Shown here in pieces: positions 29,830-42,520 of a DNA stretch of 64,000 bases. The DNA is from the human T2T-CHM13v2.0 reference genome, Homo sapiens. The notes under the pieces are model-generated. The model was not told the DNA's origin and ran no database searches. It was given only the letters and a program-made list of their open reading frames with translations. The DNA is taken from assembly GCF_009914755.1 (NCBI RefSeq), contig NC_060929.1; one strand, written 5' to 3'. The stretch's first letter is position 1. Each line of letters starts with the position of its first letter. The translations under genes were made by a program, and so were the position numbers.

Positions 29830-30545
29830 TTAAAAAACTATTAAGTGATTGTAACATAATTTCTAGAAAGAAAACCAATCCCTGCCCTCACAGTACTTAC
29901 ACTGTTGTGAAGGAAACAGACAATAAATAAGATAAATACGTTATAAAATGCAGATAATTATAACAGCAAAGGAAAAAATAAAGCAGGGAAGTATCACATA
30001 GTATCAGAGAGGTGAATAAAATTTTATGTAGGGTGATCAGGAATGATTTCACTGAGAATCTAGTTTTATTGTAAAGATTGAAGGGAAACTAGGAATTGAG
30101 ACTTACGTACATCTTATGGAGGAGCATTCCCTGCAGAGTAAGCAGCAAATTTTTAGTTGTGCATAGGCCTGAGTATTTGAGGAATAGGGAGGAAGTTAAT
30201 AAAAGTGGATCAGTCAGTGAGTGGAAAGGTGGTAATTGGCAAGGGAAGAGTGGTCAGGGAGAGCCAGAATACACAGACCCTCAAATATCATACATACAGC
30301 TCTAGTTTTAGTCTAACTGAAATTACAAATGATGGCAAGGCTGGAGCACAAGAGTAGCATAGTATAAGAATAGCAGCACTTGGCTTCTTTCTTAAGCAGA
30401 GACAGAAGGGGGATCCAGGCAGAAGCAGAGAGTTAGTTAAGATTCCATTGGAATAATTCAGGGAAGAATTATGAGGCCTTGGACCACTGTGGTGGTCTTG
30501 AAATGATGGTAAATACTGTAGTTGAATTCTGTATATACTTTGAAA
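29830..30545 (-). mobile_element. L2 LINE fragment
   Basis: ccctgccctcacagtacttacac...gaaggaaacagacaataaataa; gggtgatcaggaatgatttcactgag; ggaggagcattcc. Confidence 0.7.
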
Positions 30546-30942
30546 TCATATTTTTTTTAGTATCACAAGGTGCTTGAATGACCCTCTAGAGTGGATTGAA
30601 AATAAATTTGAGATAATTATTGCCTGGAAGGAGGTAGAACCCGAAGACTAACCTTTTCTAAAGAAATGTGTCATCAACTGTGATAAATTAAAACAAAATC
30701 TAGTATCGCCACACAAAAAAAGCAAAGGCAGGTAAATGATTCTATTTTAGAGACTAAGATAAGAAGTAGCACAATAGCCTCTAGGAAGGCTACCATAACC
30801 TTACAGAATAAAATGCAACGTTGTGAGGCTGAGAGATTTTCCTTTCAAATGATTTTCTGATCAGCAACTTGAAGACTTAAGGGCCTAATGCATAAACAGA
30901 AGCTCCTGCCTTCAAAAGTCCCCTCATAGGCATGTGTGTGTG

Positions 30943-30987
30943 GTGGCGGGGGTGGGGGGGGGGGGCGGGGGGCGGGGGGCGGGGGGT
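30943..30987 (+). repeat. G-rich low-complexity tract, (GGGGGGC)n-like
   Basis: gtggcgggggtgggggggggggcggggggcggggggcgggggg in AT-rich context. Confidence 0.85.
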
Positions 30988-33117
30988 GTAAATTTGTATC
31001 TCCATCTGTCAACTAATTCCAGCATCCAGAGAAAAAGCTTTTCAACATTTCAGTATTTACATTTTCAACATGGAGCAGAAAATGTAACTGTAGTCCAATT
31101 GCCAATATATTATGTACTTTATACATAGATTTGCAAACAAATCTGAGTTATTTGTAGGGATTATATGTTTAACTAATAGCAAATGTTCTAAATTACATGT
31201 GATGGATTTGTTTAGTCAAATCTGTTTATTAGCTATTGTACTTGTGAGTAACCTTTATTTTCCCTTCTTGATACTCCCTGCCTTAATATACTTTACAGCT
31301 AACTTTTCATGATGTTCATTTTAATAAATTATTTTAAAGTAAATAAATAAATGCTGATTTTTATCAATCTAAGGTGACTCATCATTTATAATTTGTCATG
31401 CCAGATTGCATCAGACATTTCATACTGGCTTGGTGGAAAAGCACAACAAAATCCAAAGGATTCAACACCAAACAATTTATCACAACATGACACATTTTAA
31501 ATGATAAAGTTCCAGGATAGACAGAGTAAAAGGCATTGTGCTGTTCAAGAAACTCATGAAACAAATGAAAATAAAAACACTTTCTTGGCTATTCTATGTT
31601 CACAAGCATATTGCAAGACAGTCTGTTTATTTGGTAAGAAATTCAATATTATTGAAGTTTAACTTCCTTGATTGATTATATATATTATATGTAATACATA
31701 TGTGTATATGTTCATATAATATGTATGTATGTAATATATATCAAATATATATGTGTGTATATGTGTACAGATATGTATATAATTTCTTGCAGATTCAAAA
31801 GTCGGCTAGATTAGTTTAAGACTAATATGACAAAAGAACATTGCAATGTTTACCCATCAAGTTTACCTTGATTTTCCAAAGATTCATTCCAGCCACTTAC
31901 CACCTGCTAATTATGAGAGCGAAAACTTCAAAGTGCCTCTGAATAAAATTTCAAAGTGCTTCCAAGACCAGCACATCATCAAGAAAAGTAGCTAGGCTCA
32001 TTATCCAATAATCTGTGATTGCAGTGTCAAATGAAGCATTATTTTGACTGGTTTTCACTGCATCATGCTTTTTCCTTGGCAGTCTGCCAGCGGACATATT
32101 TTTTAGATAGATCCCAATGTGATTTCCTTAAAACACACATCATTTACCCTACATATTATATATAGAAATAAAGTGAAAAATCCTATTGTACATTAAAAAG
32201 GAATCATTTACTACATTTGCAACTTCTATGGATAGCTACCTTTATAATTTACAAATATTTAAACATAACCAAAATAGTTATTGCATATATCATAACTAAA
32301 TGATGTTAAGTATCAAATTTATAATTATAGTAATTGGGTAGAGTTACATTTAATTCATTCAATACATCATGGCAGTAATATCAGCACTTGGCTAAGTGTG
32401 ATTTCACTTAATTTTCAGGCAATCCTAGGAATACAATTAAATCTTCACTTTAATGATGAGAAAACTGAAGCACTAATACTGGGGATACAGGCACACAAAA
32501 TTTAATTTCAGATATAAAGACAAATAATTCAAAAGTTAATTATACTTAAGTGTAATGAATGTAAGTAATATGGAGGAGAATGGCAGAAATGGATATCAAG
32601 GGGACTTGGCCAACATTACAGTACCAAAAAGAATTTCAAGAGATACGGAATTTTATAGTAAGAATTAAATTGAGGCTAGAGATTGCTCGTTAAAAGTGGA
32701 TGAGAAGAATAAGAAGAAGGAAGTTGAAAACATTTCATTGTGTTCCAAGCAGTAGATATGGAAGAACATATGTAACTAAAAAGAGTTTGGTATGTTTGAA
32801 AATGAACCTAATTGTATTAAGAAAAGATAAATCTAAAGAGAAGGACATTGCCAAATTGTAGAGGAAGTTGTATACTGTGATAAGGAGTTTACATCTCATG
32901 CTAAGGGCAATTGTTAGGCATTGAAACACAATACTTCCTTATTTTATAAGGTCCCTCTGGCTTCAAAATAGGAAAAGATTGGGAAGTGAACAGCTTCAAA
33001 ATTAGGGAAAACTTACAGAAGATCATCACCACAGTTTATTTAATTTAATTACTTGGGGTAAGGGAAGTACAATTAAAAAGTAAAGGCAAAGAAAATAGAA
33101 AAAATTCAAGTCAAGGG

Positions 33118-33297
33118 CTGTAGTTTTCAAACTTTAGCATGTCCTAATTACCTGAAAATCTTGGTGTAAGGCATTGCAAGGTTGATCATCAGAGTTTCTA
33201 ATCCAGAAGGTCTAGGGTAGGAACAAAGAATCTGTATTTCTAACAAGTTCCTAGGTAATGCTGATGCTTCTAGGCAAGAGCTCCCTTTGAGAACTGC
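33118..33297. mobile_element. MER5-like hAT-Charlie DNA transposon
   Basis: tagttttcaaactttagcatg...aatctgtatttctaacaagttcctaggtaatgctgatgct...ctttgagaactgc. Confidence 0.7.
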
Positions 33298-36200
33298 ACA
33301 TCAAAAAAGAAGGAAACTGACTTTTTAATGATCACCATTCTAACTGGCATCTAACTGGTGGGATTTCTGGACCCACCCAGGGTGAGAAAGGAGCTTGGTG
33401 CCCTGTAGAGAAGGACACAAGTCTGGCTGGATTTACCACCTGCTGACTAAACAGCCCTTGGGCCTTGGGTGATCACTGGCAGTAACCAGGCAGTGGTTGC
33501 CACAGGCTTTGGACAAGACCTAGAGCTGTGCTGGCTTGACGTCTGATCCAGCACAGTCCCAGCGGTAATGTCCACAGAGGTAAGTGTATAACTCTTCCCT
33601 CAGCTTCAGGCAGCTCAGAATGGAGTGAGAAACTTTGTTTCTTTGGGGAAAAGTTAGAGAAGAGAATAAGAGTCTCTGCCTGGTAATCCAGAGGATTTTG
33701 GATCTTACTCAAGACTACCAAAGTGGCACGTTTACAAATCTGCAAGAGCATTTCTGGGTTTGTGGTGGCCCCTAATGCAGATGTGGCTGCAGTGTCCAAA
33801 AACCTAGATCACAACACTCAACCCCCTTTGAATACCTGGAAAGCCTTCCCAAGGAAGACTGGTACAAATAGGCCCAGACTCTGAGGAATTCAATAAACAC
33901 CTAACTCTTCAATACCCAGACATTAATGAATGTTTACAAGCATCAAGGCAATACAGGAAAACGTGACCTCACCAAACAAACTAAAGAAGACACCAGTGGC
34001 AGATCTCAGAGTGACAGAGATATGTGAACATTAGACAGAGAATTCAAAATAGCTGTTTTAGGGAAGCTTGATGATATTCAAGATAGCATAGAAAAGGAAT
34101 TCAGAATCCTAATTAATCAATTTAACAAAGAGATTAAATTTTTTTTTAAAAAAGCAGAAATTCTGGAGGTGAAATTCAAGTGATGCAGTGAAGAATGCAT
34201 TAGAGTCTCTCAGAATGGATCAAGCAGAAGAAAAATTAGTAAACTTGAAGACAGGCTATTTGAATTTATATAATCAGAGGAGAGAAAAGGAAAAATAATA
34301 AGAAAGAATGATGTACACCTATGAGATGTAGAAAATAGCCTTAAAAAGGCAAATCTAAGATTTCTTGGTCTTAAAGTGGAAGTAGAGAGATATATCATGT
34401 CAGAATATTTAATCAAAGAGATAATAACAGATAACTTTCCAAACCTAGGGAATATTCAAGTACAAGAAGGTTCTAGAAAAGCAAGCAGATTAAACCCACA
34501 TAAGACTACCTCAAGGTACTTAGTAATCAAATTCCCAAAAGCCAATGATAAAGAAATGATCCTAAAGGCAGCTAGAGAAAAGAAACAACATACAAAGCAG
34601 CTCAAATAAGTCTGGCTGCAGATTTCTCAGTGGAAAACTTACAGGTCAGAAGAGAGTGACATGACATATTTAAGTGTTGAAGGAAAAAAAACCACAACTT
34701 TTATCTTAGAATAGTATATCCAGTGAAAATATCCTTCAAACATGAAGAAGAAGTAAAAGTGGGGGTCGGACAAAAAAAAAGCTGAGAGACTTTATTAACA
34801 CGAGATCTGTCCTACAAAGAAAAGATCTTCAATCTAAAAGAAAGGACATTAACAAGCAATCAGAAATCATCTTGAGGTACAACACTCATTGGTAAAAATA
34901 AGTACTCGGACTAATACAAGATAATATAACTGTAATTGTGGTGAGTAAAGTACTCATATCTTGAGTAGAAAGACAAAAAGATGAACCTATCAAAAATAAT
35001 AACTACAACTTTTCAAGACATAGTATAGTAACATATAAATAGAAACAACAAAAAGTTAAAGGGGGGATGAAATTAGTGTAGATTTTTATTAGTTTTCTCT
35101 GCTTGTTTGTTAGTTGGTTTGTTTGTTGTCATAATCAGTGTTAAGTTGCCATCAGTTTAACATAATGTGTTATATTATTTGCAAGCCTCATTGTAACTTC
35201 AAAAAACTTACAATAGATATACAAATAATTAAAATCAAGAGATTAAAACATACTGCCAGAGAAAATCAACTTCACAAAATGGAAAAGAAGATCACAAAAC
35301 CACCAAAAAACAAATTACAAAATGGCACTAGTAAATTCCTACTTATTCATAACATTGAATATAAATGGACTAAACTCTTCAATCAAAAGAAATTGAGTGG
35401 CTGAATGGATAAGCAAACAAAACCCAATGATCTGTTGCTTTCATTAAACATGCTGAACCCCCAAAGACACATATGGACTGAAAATAAAGGAACAGAAGAT
35501 ATTCCACGCCAATGGAAACCACAAAAGAAAAAGTAGGAGTAGCTATACTTATATTAGACAAAATAGACTTAAAGATAAAACTATAAGAAGAAACAAAGAT
35601 CATTATATAATAATAAAAGGGTTAATTCAGCAAGAGGACATGGTGATTGTAAATATATATGCACACAACACTGGAACACCCAGATATATAAATCAACTAT
35701 TATTACAGATAAAGAGATAGACCCTAATGCGGTAACAGTTGGAGACTTTAACACCGCACTTTCATCAATGGACAGACAATAAAGATAAAAACTAGACAAA
35801 GAAACCTTTAACTTCATCTATACTGTAGACCAAATTGACCTACTAGATATTTACAGAACAGTCATCCAGTGGCTGCAGATTACACATTTTTCTTCTCAAC
35901 ACATGAATCATTATCTAGTATAGACCTTATATTATACCACACAACAAATCTGAATAAAAATTAAAAATTTACAAATTTAAATCATATCAAGTATCTTCTC
36001 TGACCACAGAGGAACAAAACTATAAAGCAATAAGGATAGGAACTTTGAAAATTTATGACCATGTAGGAATTAAACAATATGTTCCTGAATGACCAGTTCA
36101 TCAATGAAGAAATTAACACGGGAATTGAAAAACTTATTGAAACAAATAATAATGGAAACTCAGCATTCCAAAGTCTATAACATAGAGCAAAAGCTGTACT

Positions 36201-37031
36201 ATGAGGAAGGTTTATAGCAAAGTGCCTATACCAAAAATGTGGAAAAGCTTCAGATAAACAATCTAACGATGCATCTTAAAGAATTAAAAAAAAGCAAGGA
36301 CAAACCAAACCCAATATTAGTAAAAGAAAAGAGATAAAGATATTAGCAGAAATGAATGATATTAAAACAAAACAAAACAAAACAAAAAACAATACAAAGG
36401 GTCAACAAGATGAAGAAAAAAAGACAGAATACCCAAATAAAATCAGAGACGAAAAAGGATACTATCAACTGACACCACATAAATTCAGAGGATCACTAGA
36501 AACTACAATAAGCAACTACAAACTAATAAATTGGAAAACCCAGAAGAAATGTTCAAATTCTTAAACATACATAGCCCTACAAGAGTGAAGCATGAATAAA
36601 TCTAAAACCTCAGTACACCAATAACAAGTAACGAGATTGAAGCCATAATAGTCTCCCAGCAAAAAATGGCCCCAGACATGATGGCTTCGCTGCTGAGTTC
36701 CACCAAACATTTGAAGAAGAATTAATATAAATTCTAGTCAAACTATTCTGAAAAAAGATTAGGAGGGAATACTTCCAAACTCATTCTATTTGGCCTGTAT
36801 TACCCTGATACCAAAACCATTAAAAGACACATCAAAAAAGAAAAAAATACAAGCCAATATCCCTGATTAACATTGGTGCAAATATCTTCCACAAAATTTA
36901 GCAAACTGAATTCAACAACACATTAAAAAGATTATTCATCATGACCAAGTGAGTTTTATCCTAGGTATGTAAAAAGGTTTCAACACAGGGAAATCAAACA
37001 ATATGATACATCCTATCAACAGAATGAAGGA

Positions 37032-37385
37032 TAAAATTACATAATATCCCTGTAGAAATCTGATGTTTCCTGTTTGATTTATACCTGTATATTTTATATA
37101 TAAGAACGGATGTGATAACTTAGATTTAGATTTTCCCTGTTTGCAACTGGTATAAAAAATTACAATTCACTAATGCATATTAATTTTGTATCCAGCCAGC
37201 TAACTAAACTCAACTATTATTTTAAAAATATTATATAATTTTACTAATATACATTAAAGATATGTAACTCAAAAGATGAATCATTATTTTAAAATTTTGT
37301 TTGTAGATTGTTTTAAATATTCTGGGTAAATGATCATATCACTTGAAAACAAGCTGTATTCTGTCCTTTCTCATGCTTACACCAC
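37032..37385. repeat. Complex locally templated insertion (inverted/direct/inverted copy of 40781-41115)
   Basis: 37032-37227 is the reverse complement of 40872-41067, 37228-37290 is a direct copy of 41052-41115, and 37283-37385 is the reverse complement of 40781-40883. Confidence 0.93.
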
Positions 37386-39571
37386 ATTTTAATTGATGCT
37401 GAAAAAGGATTTCATAAAATTTGACATCTCTTCATGATAAAAACCCTTAAAAAATTGGGAATAGAAGGATCATACCTCAGCACAATAAAAGCCATGTAAA
37501 ACAGACCTACAGCTAGTATCATACTGAATAAGGAAAAACTGAAAGCCTTTCTTCTAAAATCTGGAACACAACAAGGATGCCCACTTTAATGACTATTATT
37601 CAACTTGGTACTGAAAGTTCTAGCTGGAGCAGTTGGACAAAAGAAAGAAATAAAGGGAATCTAAATTGCAAAGGAAGAAATAAAATTATCCTGGTTTCCA
37701 GATGATATGATCTTATAATTGGAAAAATCTAAAGATCACATCAATAAACAAATAAAACTATTTAGTAAAGTTCCAGTATACAAAATCAACATACAAAAAT
37801 TAGTATTGTTTCTATATGCCAACAGCAAATATTCTGAAAAAGAAAGCAATAAAGTAATTCTATTTACAATAACTACAAAAAAATTAGATACCTAGGAATA
37901 AACCAAAGAAGTGAAAGATCTCTAAAATGAAAATTGTTAAATATTTATGCAATACATTGAAGAGGACACAATAAAATGTAAATATACCCCATGTTTCTGG
38001 ACTGGAAGAATCACTATTTTCTAAATGTCCATACTACCCAAAATAATCTATACACTCAATGCAATCCAGTTAAAATATCAATAACATTCTTTACAGAAAT
38101 AGACAAAATAATCCTAAAATGCATATGGAACTACGAAATAATCAGAATAGTCAAAACCATTTTGAGCCAAAAGAACAAGACTGGAGGAATCACATTACCT
38201 GAATTCAAATTATATCACAAAACTATAGTAATCAAAGTAGCATGCTACTGGCATAAAAACAGACACACAGACCAATGGAATAGTATAGAGAACCTGGAAA
38301 TAAATCACACATTTATGGTGAACTCATTTTGACAAAGGTGTCAAGAAAATTCATTGGGGAAAGGACAATCTCTTCAATAAATGATGCTGGGGAAGCTGGA
38401 TATCCATATACAGAAGAGTGAAACTAAACTCCCCCCTCTAATTATATAAAAAAAGAATTAAAGACTGAAATCAAGGACCTGAAACTGTATTTTCCAGGAC
38501 ATCCAAGACATTTGCTGGGCAAAGTTTTCTTGAACAATCCCCCACAAGCACAGGAACCAAAGCAAAAAGTGGACAAATGGGATTACATTAAGTTAAAAAG
38601 CTTCTGCACAGCTAAGAAAGAATCAACAAAGTGAAGAGATGACCTACAAAATTGGACAAAATATTTGCAAACTCTCCATCTGACATGTGTGATTAATAAC
38701 CAGAATATATAAGGAGCTCAAACAACTCAATAAGAAAAAATCTAATAATCTGATTTAAAAATGGGCAAAACATCTGAATACACATTTTTCAAAAGAAGAC
38801 ATATAAATGGCAAACAGGTATATAAAAAGGTGCTCAACAACACTGAATATGAAAGAAGTGCAAATCAAAACTACAATGAGATATCATCTCACTCCAGTTA
38901 AAGTGGCTTTTATCCAAAAGACAGGCAATGACAAATGCTGGTGAGGCTGTGGGGAAAAGGGAACCCTTCTACACTTTTAGTGGGAATGTATCAAATAAAT
39001 TAGTACAGCCACTGTGGAAAACAGTATGGAGGTCCCTCAAAAAACTAAAACTAGAACTACTATATTATCTAGCAATCATCTAGCTAGGTATATATTCATA
39101 AGAAAGGAAATCAATATATTGGAGAGATATCTGCAGTCTCATGCTTATTGATGTGCTATTCACAATAGCCAAGATTTGGAAGCAACCTATGTGCCCATCA
39201 ACAGAAAAATGGATAAAGAAAATGTGGTACATATACACAATGAAGTACTGTATTCAGTCATAAAAAAGAATAAGATCCTGCCATTTGCAACAACATGGAT
39301 GGAACTGGAGGACATTATGTTAAGTGAAATAAGCCAGGCACAGGAAGACAAACTTTGCATGTTCTCACTCGTTTGTGTGAGCTAAAAATTAAAACAATTG
39401 AACTCATGGAGATAGAGAGTAGAAGGATCATTACTAGATGCTGAAAAGCATATTAGGGGTTGTAGGGGGAATTAGGGATGGTTAATGGGCACAAAACTAC
39501 AGTTAGATAGAATGAATAAGGCCTAATATTTGATAGCACAACAAGATCACTACAGTCAACAATAATTTATT

Positions 39572-39899
<328 letters not shown>

Positions 39900-40094
39900 T
39901 TAAAAATAACTGAAGGTGTATAATAGGAATGTTTGTGACACAGAAATGATAAATACTTGAGATGATGGATATCCTATTTACCCTGATATGATTATTACAC
40001 ATTGTATGCCTCTATCAAAATATCTCATGTACTCCATTAATATATACATCTAGTCCATACTCATAAAAAAGAGTTATAGCCACAGAATTGAACG

Positions 40095-40452
40095 CACTTC
40101 AGCCATAAGAAGGAATGAAATACTGATAATATGGATGAACTTCAAGAATGTTATGCTAAATGAAAATAGCCAGACATGAAAGACCATATATTGCATGATT
40201 CCATTTATGTGAAAAGCCCAGAAAAGGAAAATCTACAGAGATGGAAAATAGATTAGTGGTTGTCTAGGATTGGAGGCAAAATCAGGAAATGACTGCAAAT
40301 GGGCTCGACACGATGGATATTTTCGGACTGATGGAAACATTCTAAAATTAGATTGTAGTGATAGATATACAACTCCGTAAATTTACTAAACACTGAATTT
40401 TACATTTAAAATGGGTAAAATATTTGATTTTTAAATTATACATCCAATAAAA
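40095..40452 (+). mobile_element. Old L1 (L1MB/L1ME-like) 3' end
   Basis: cagccataagaaggaatgaaatactgata...tgcatgattccatttatgtgaaa...gattagtggttg...caataaa. Confidence 0.75.
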
Positions 40453-40499
40453 TCTGTGTGAAAAAACCAAGTGAGTAAATGAATAAATTTCAGGCCTTT

Positions 40500-41350
40500 A
40501 AAAAATTAAAGTGGAAACCATATGATCATCTCAAAGCACTTTATAAAGTTCATTACCAAGTCACTATTTTTAAAAAAGAACTTGAGCACTTAAAAGAAAT
40601 TATTTAGCTTTGCACAGAATACTTAAATAAATAAACAAGAAAAACCTGAGCTAACTATATAATAAATATAACAACTTTATGAACATTCCCTTTTAAATCA
40701 GGAGTAAGAAGAAAATGTCAACTACACCAATTTAATATTATAGCCTCTAGTCAATAGTATAAGACCAGAAATATAATTTAGTGGTGTAAGCATGAGAAAG
40801 GACAGAATACAGCTTGTTTTCAAGTGATATGATCATTTACCCAGAATATTTAAAACGATCTACAAACAAAATTTTAAAATAATAGTTGAGTTTAATAAGC
40901 TGGCTGGATACAAAATTAATGTACATTAGTGAATTGTAATTTTTTATACCAGTTGTAAACAGGAAAAATCCAAATCTAAGTTATCACATCCATTCTTATA
41001 TATAAAATATATAGGTATAAATCAAACAGGAAACATCAGATTTCTACAGGGATATTATATAATTTTACTAATATACATTAAGGAATATGTAATTCAAAAG
41101 ATGAATCATTATTTTTGTTAAAATTGGAAACATATGCGGTTATTATCTTATCTTCAAACTATCTAGATTCAATAGAATTCCAATCAAAACTCCAAAAAGT
41201 TTACTTACAGAACTTGACAAGGTGATTCTAATAATTATACAAAATGGTTAAGGCTAACCAGCTCTTTTGAAGAAAAAAGAGTAGAAGCATGGAGACATTC
41301 TATCATGTATTATGTCTTAATATAAGGCTATATTAATTAAGAGAGTGATT
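40500..41350 (+). mobile_element. Old L1M ORF2 fragment (source of the 37032-37385 insertion)
   Basis: aaaccatatgatcatctcaa; ttccctttaaatcagga; gctggatacaaaattaat; gattcaatagaattccaatcaaaactcca. Confidence 0.7.
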
Positions 41351-42301
41351 AATTTCAATTATGCTTTCAAATATGTCTCAACCTAGAACTGAACTGCCCA
41401 AAAGAGGTAACTCAAAATAGTCTAAAAATCTCATCATTGTTTACTTTGGGAAAACCACTGTAAATTGAGAATGCTAAGTAAGTGAAAATATATAATGATC
41501 ATTATCATAAAATTTACTTTGAAAATAAAATCGCTTTTACCATGAGTACATTTTTAAAACAAAATCACCATTATAATATTTCACTGAAAAATAATTGTCA
41601 AGGCAATTTGCTATTCCTTTTTTTCAAGTAATTTACAAATGTTAACAAACAATAGTTACTATAACCTCTATGTATATCAACTTCCCAGGAAACTAAAAAG
41701 GATTAAAAATTTTAAAGATGCTAATTGATCTGGGAATTTTTATGTTTGCTCCTTTTTTCTCAGTGTAATTTTTAGCATTATGTATGTTTTTAAAAAGTAT
41801 TCTTTCTAACCTTTCTACAAACTGAAACAATACATTTCCTTTTCAAATAAATTTTCCTGTGTATTTATACTGTTGGATATTGACTATAAGATAATCAGAA
41901 TGATTTTCTTAGCAGGAAAGATAAATTAGCACATTTATGAACAATGTTTATATTTACACATCTTTTGTAGTGAGATTTTCATTAAAATTATCTAGCTTAA
42001 TTCTTGCTTTTTTAGGAAAGACAATCTTCTAAATTTTACAGCTGTACTTTAACTTCTTAAGTATGATATTTCACACTAGGGGTCATATTCACCAATTTCA
42101 ACTTGACATACATGTTACAAGTTCCAGTGAACTATTTATCTTTTTCTATTTTCCACCTCAATAAACAATTTGAGAAAGAGAAACAGAGACAGGGAGAGAG
42201 AGACAGACTGAACCAAGAGGCAGAAAATAATACAGAAAGTTACAGAACAGAGAAAGAAGAGAGAGAGAGGATAGCAAAATAGATATAGATAGACATAGAT
42301 A

Positions 42302-42520
42302 CAGACATGCATTCGTTAATGAGAAGGATACATTCCAAGAAATGCATGCTCCTGTACTTAATACTATAGAGAATTGTAAAACAATAGTAACTGTTTGGGT
42401 ATCTAAACATATCTGAACATAGTAAAGATACAGTACAATTACTGTACTATAATCTTATAGGACCATCATTGTATATGCGGTCCATCATTGACCTAAACAT
42501 TGTTATGTGGTGCATGACTG
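42302..42520 (-). mobile_element. Tigger3-family non-autonomous deletion derivative
   Basis: TA-flanked termini cagacatgc ... tatatgcggtccatcattgacctaaacattgttatgtggtgcatgactg. Confidence 0.8.
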
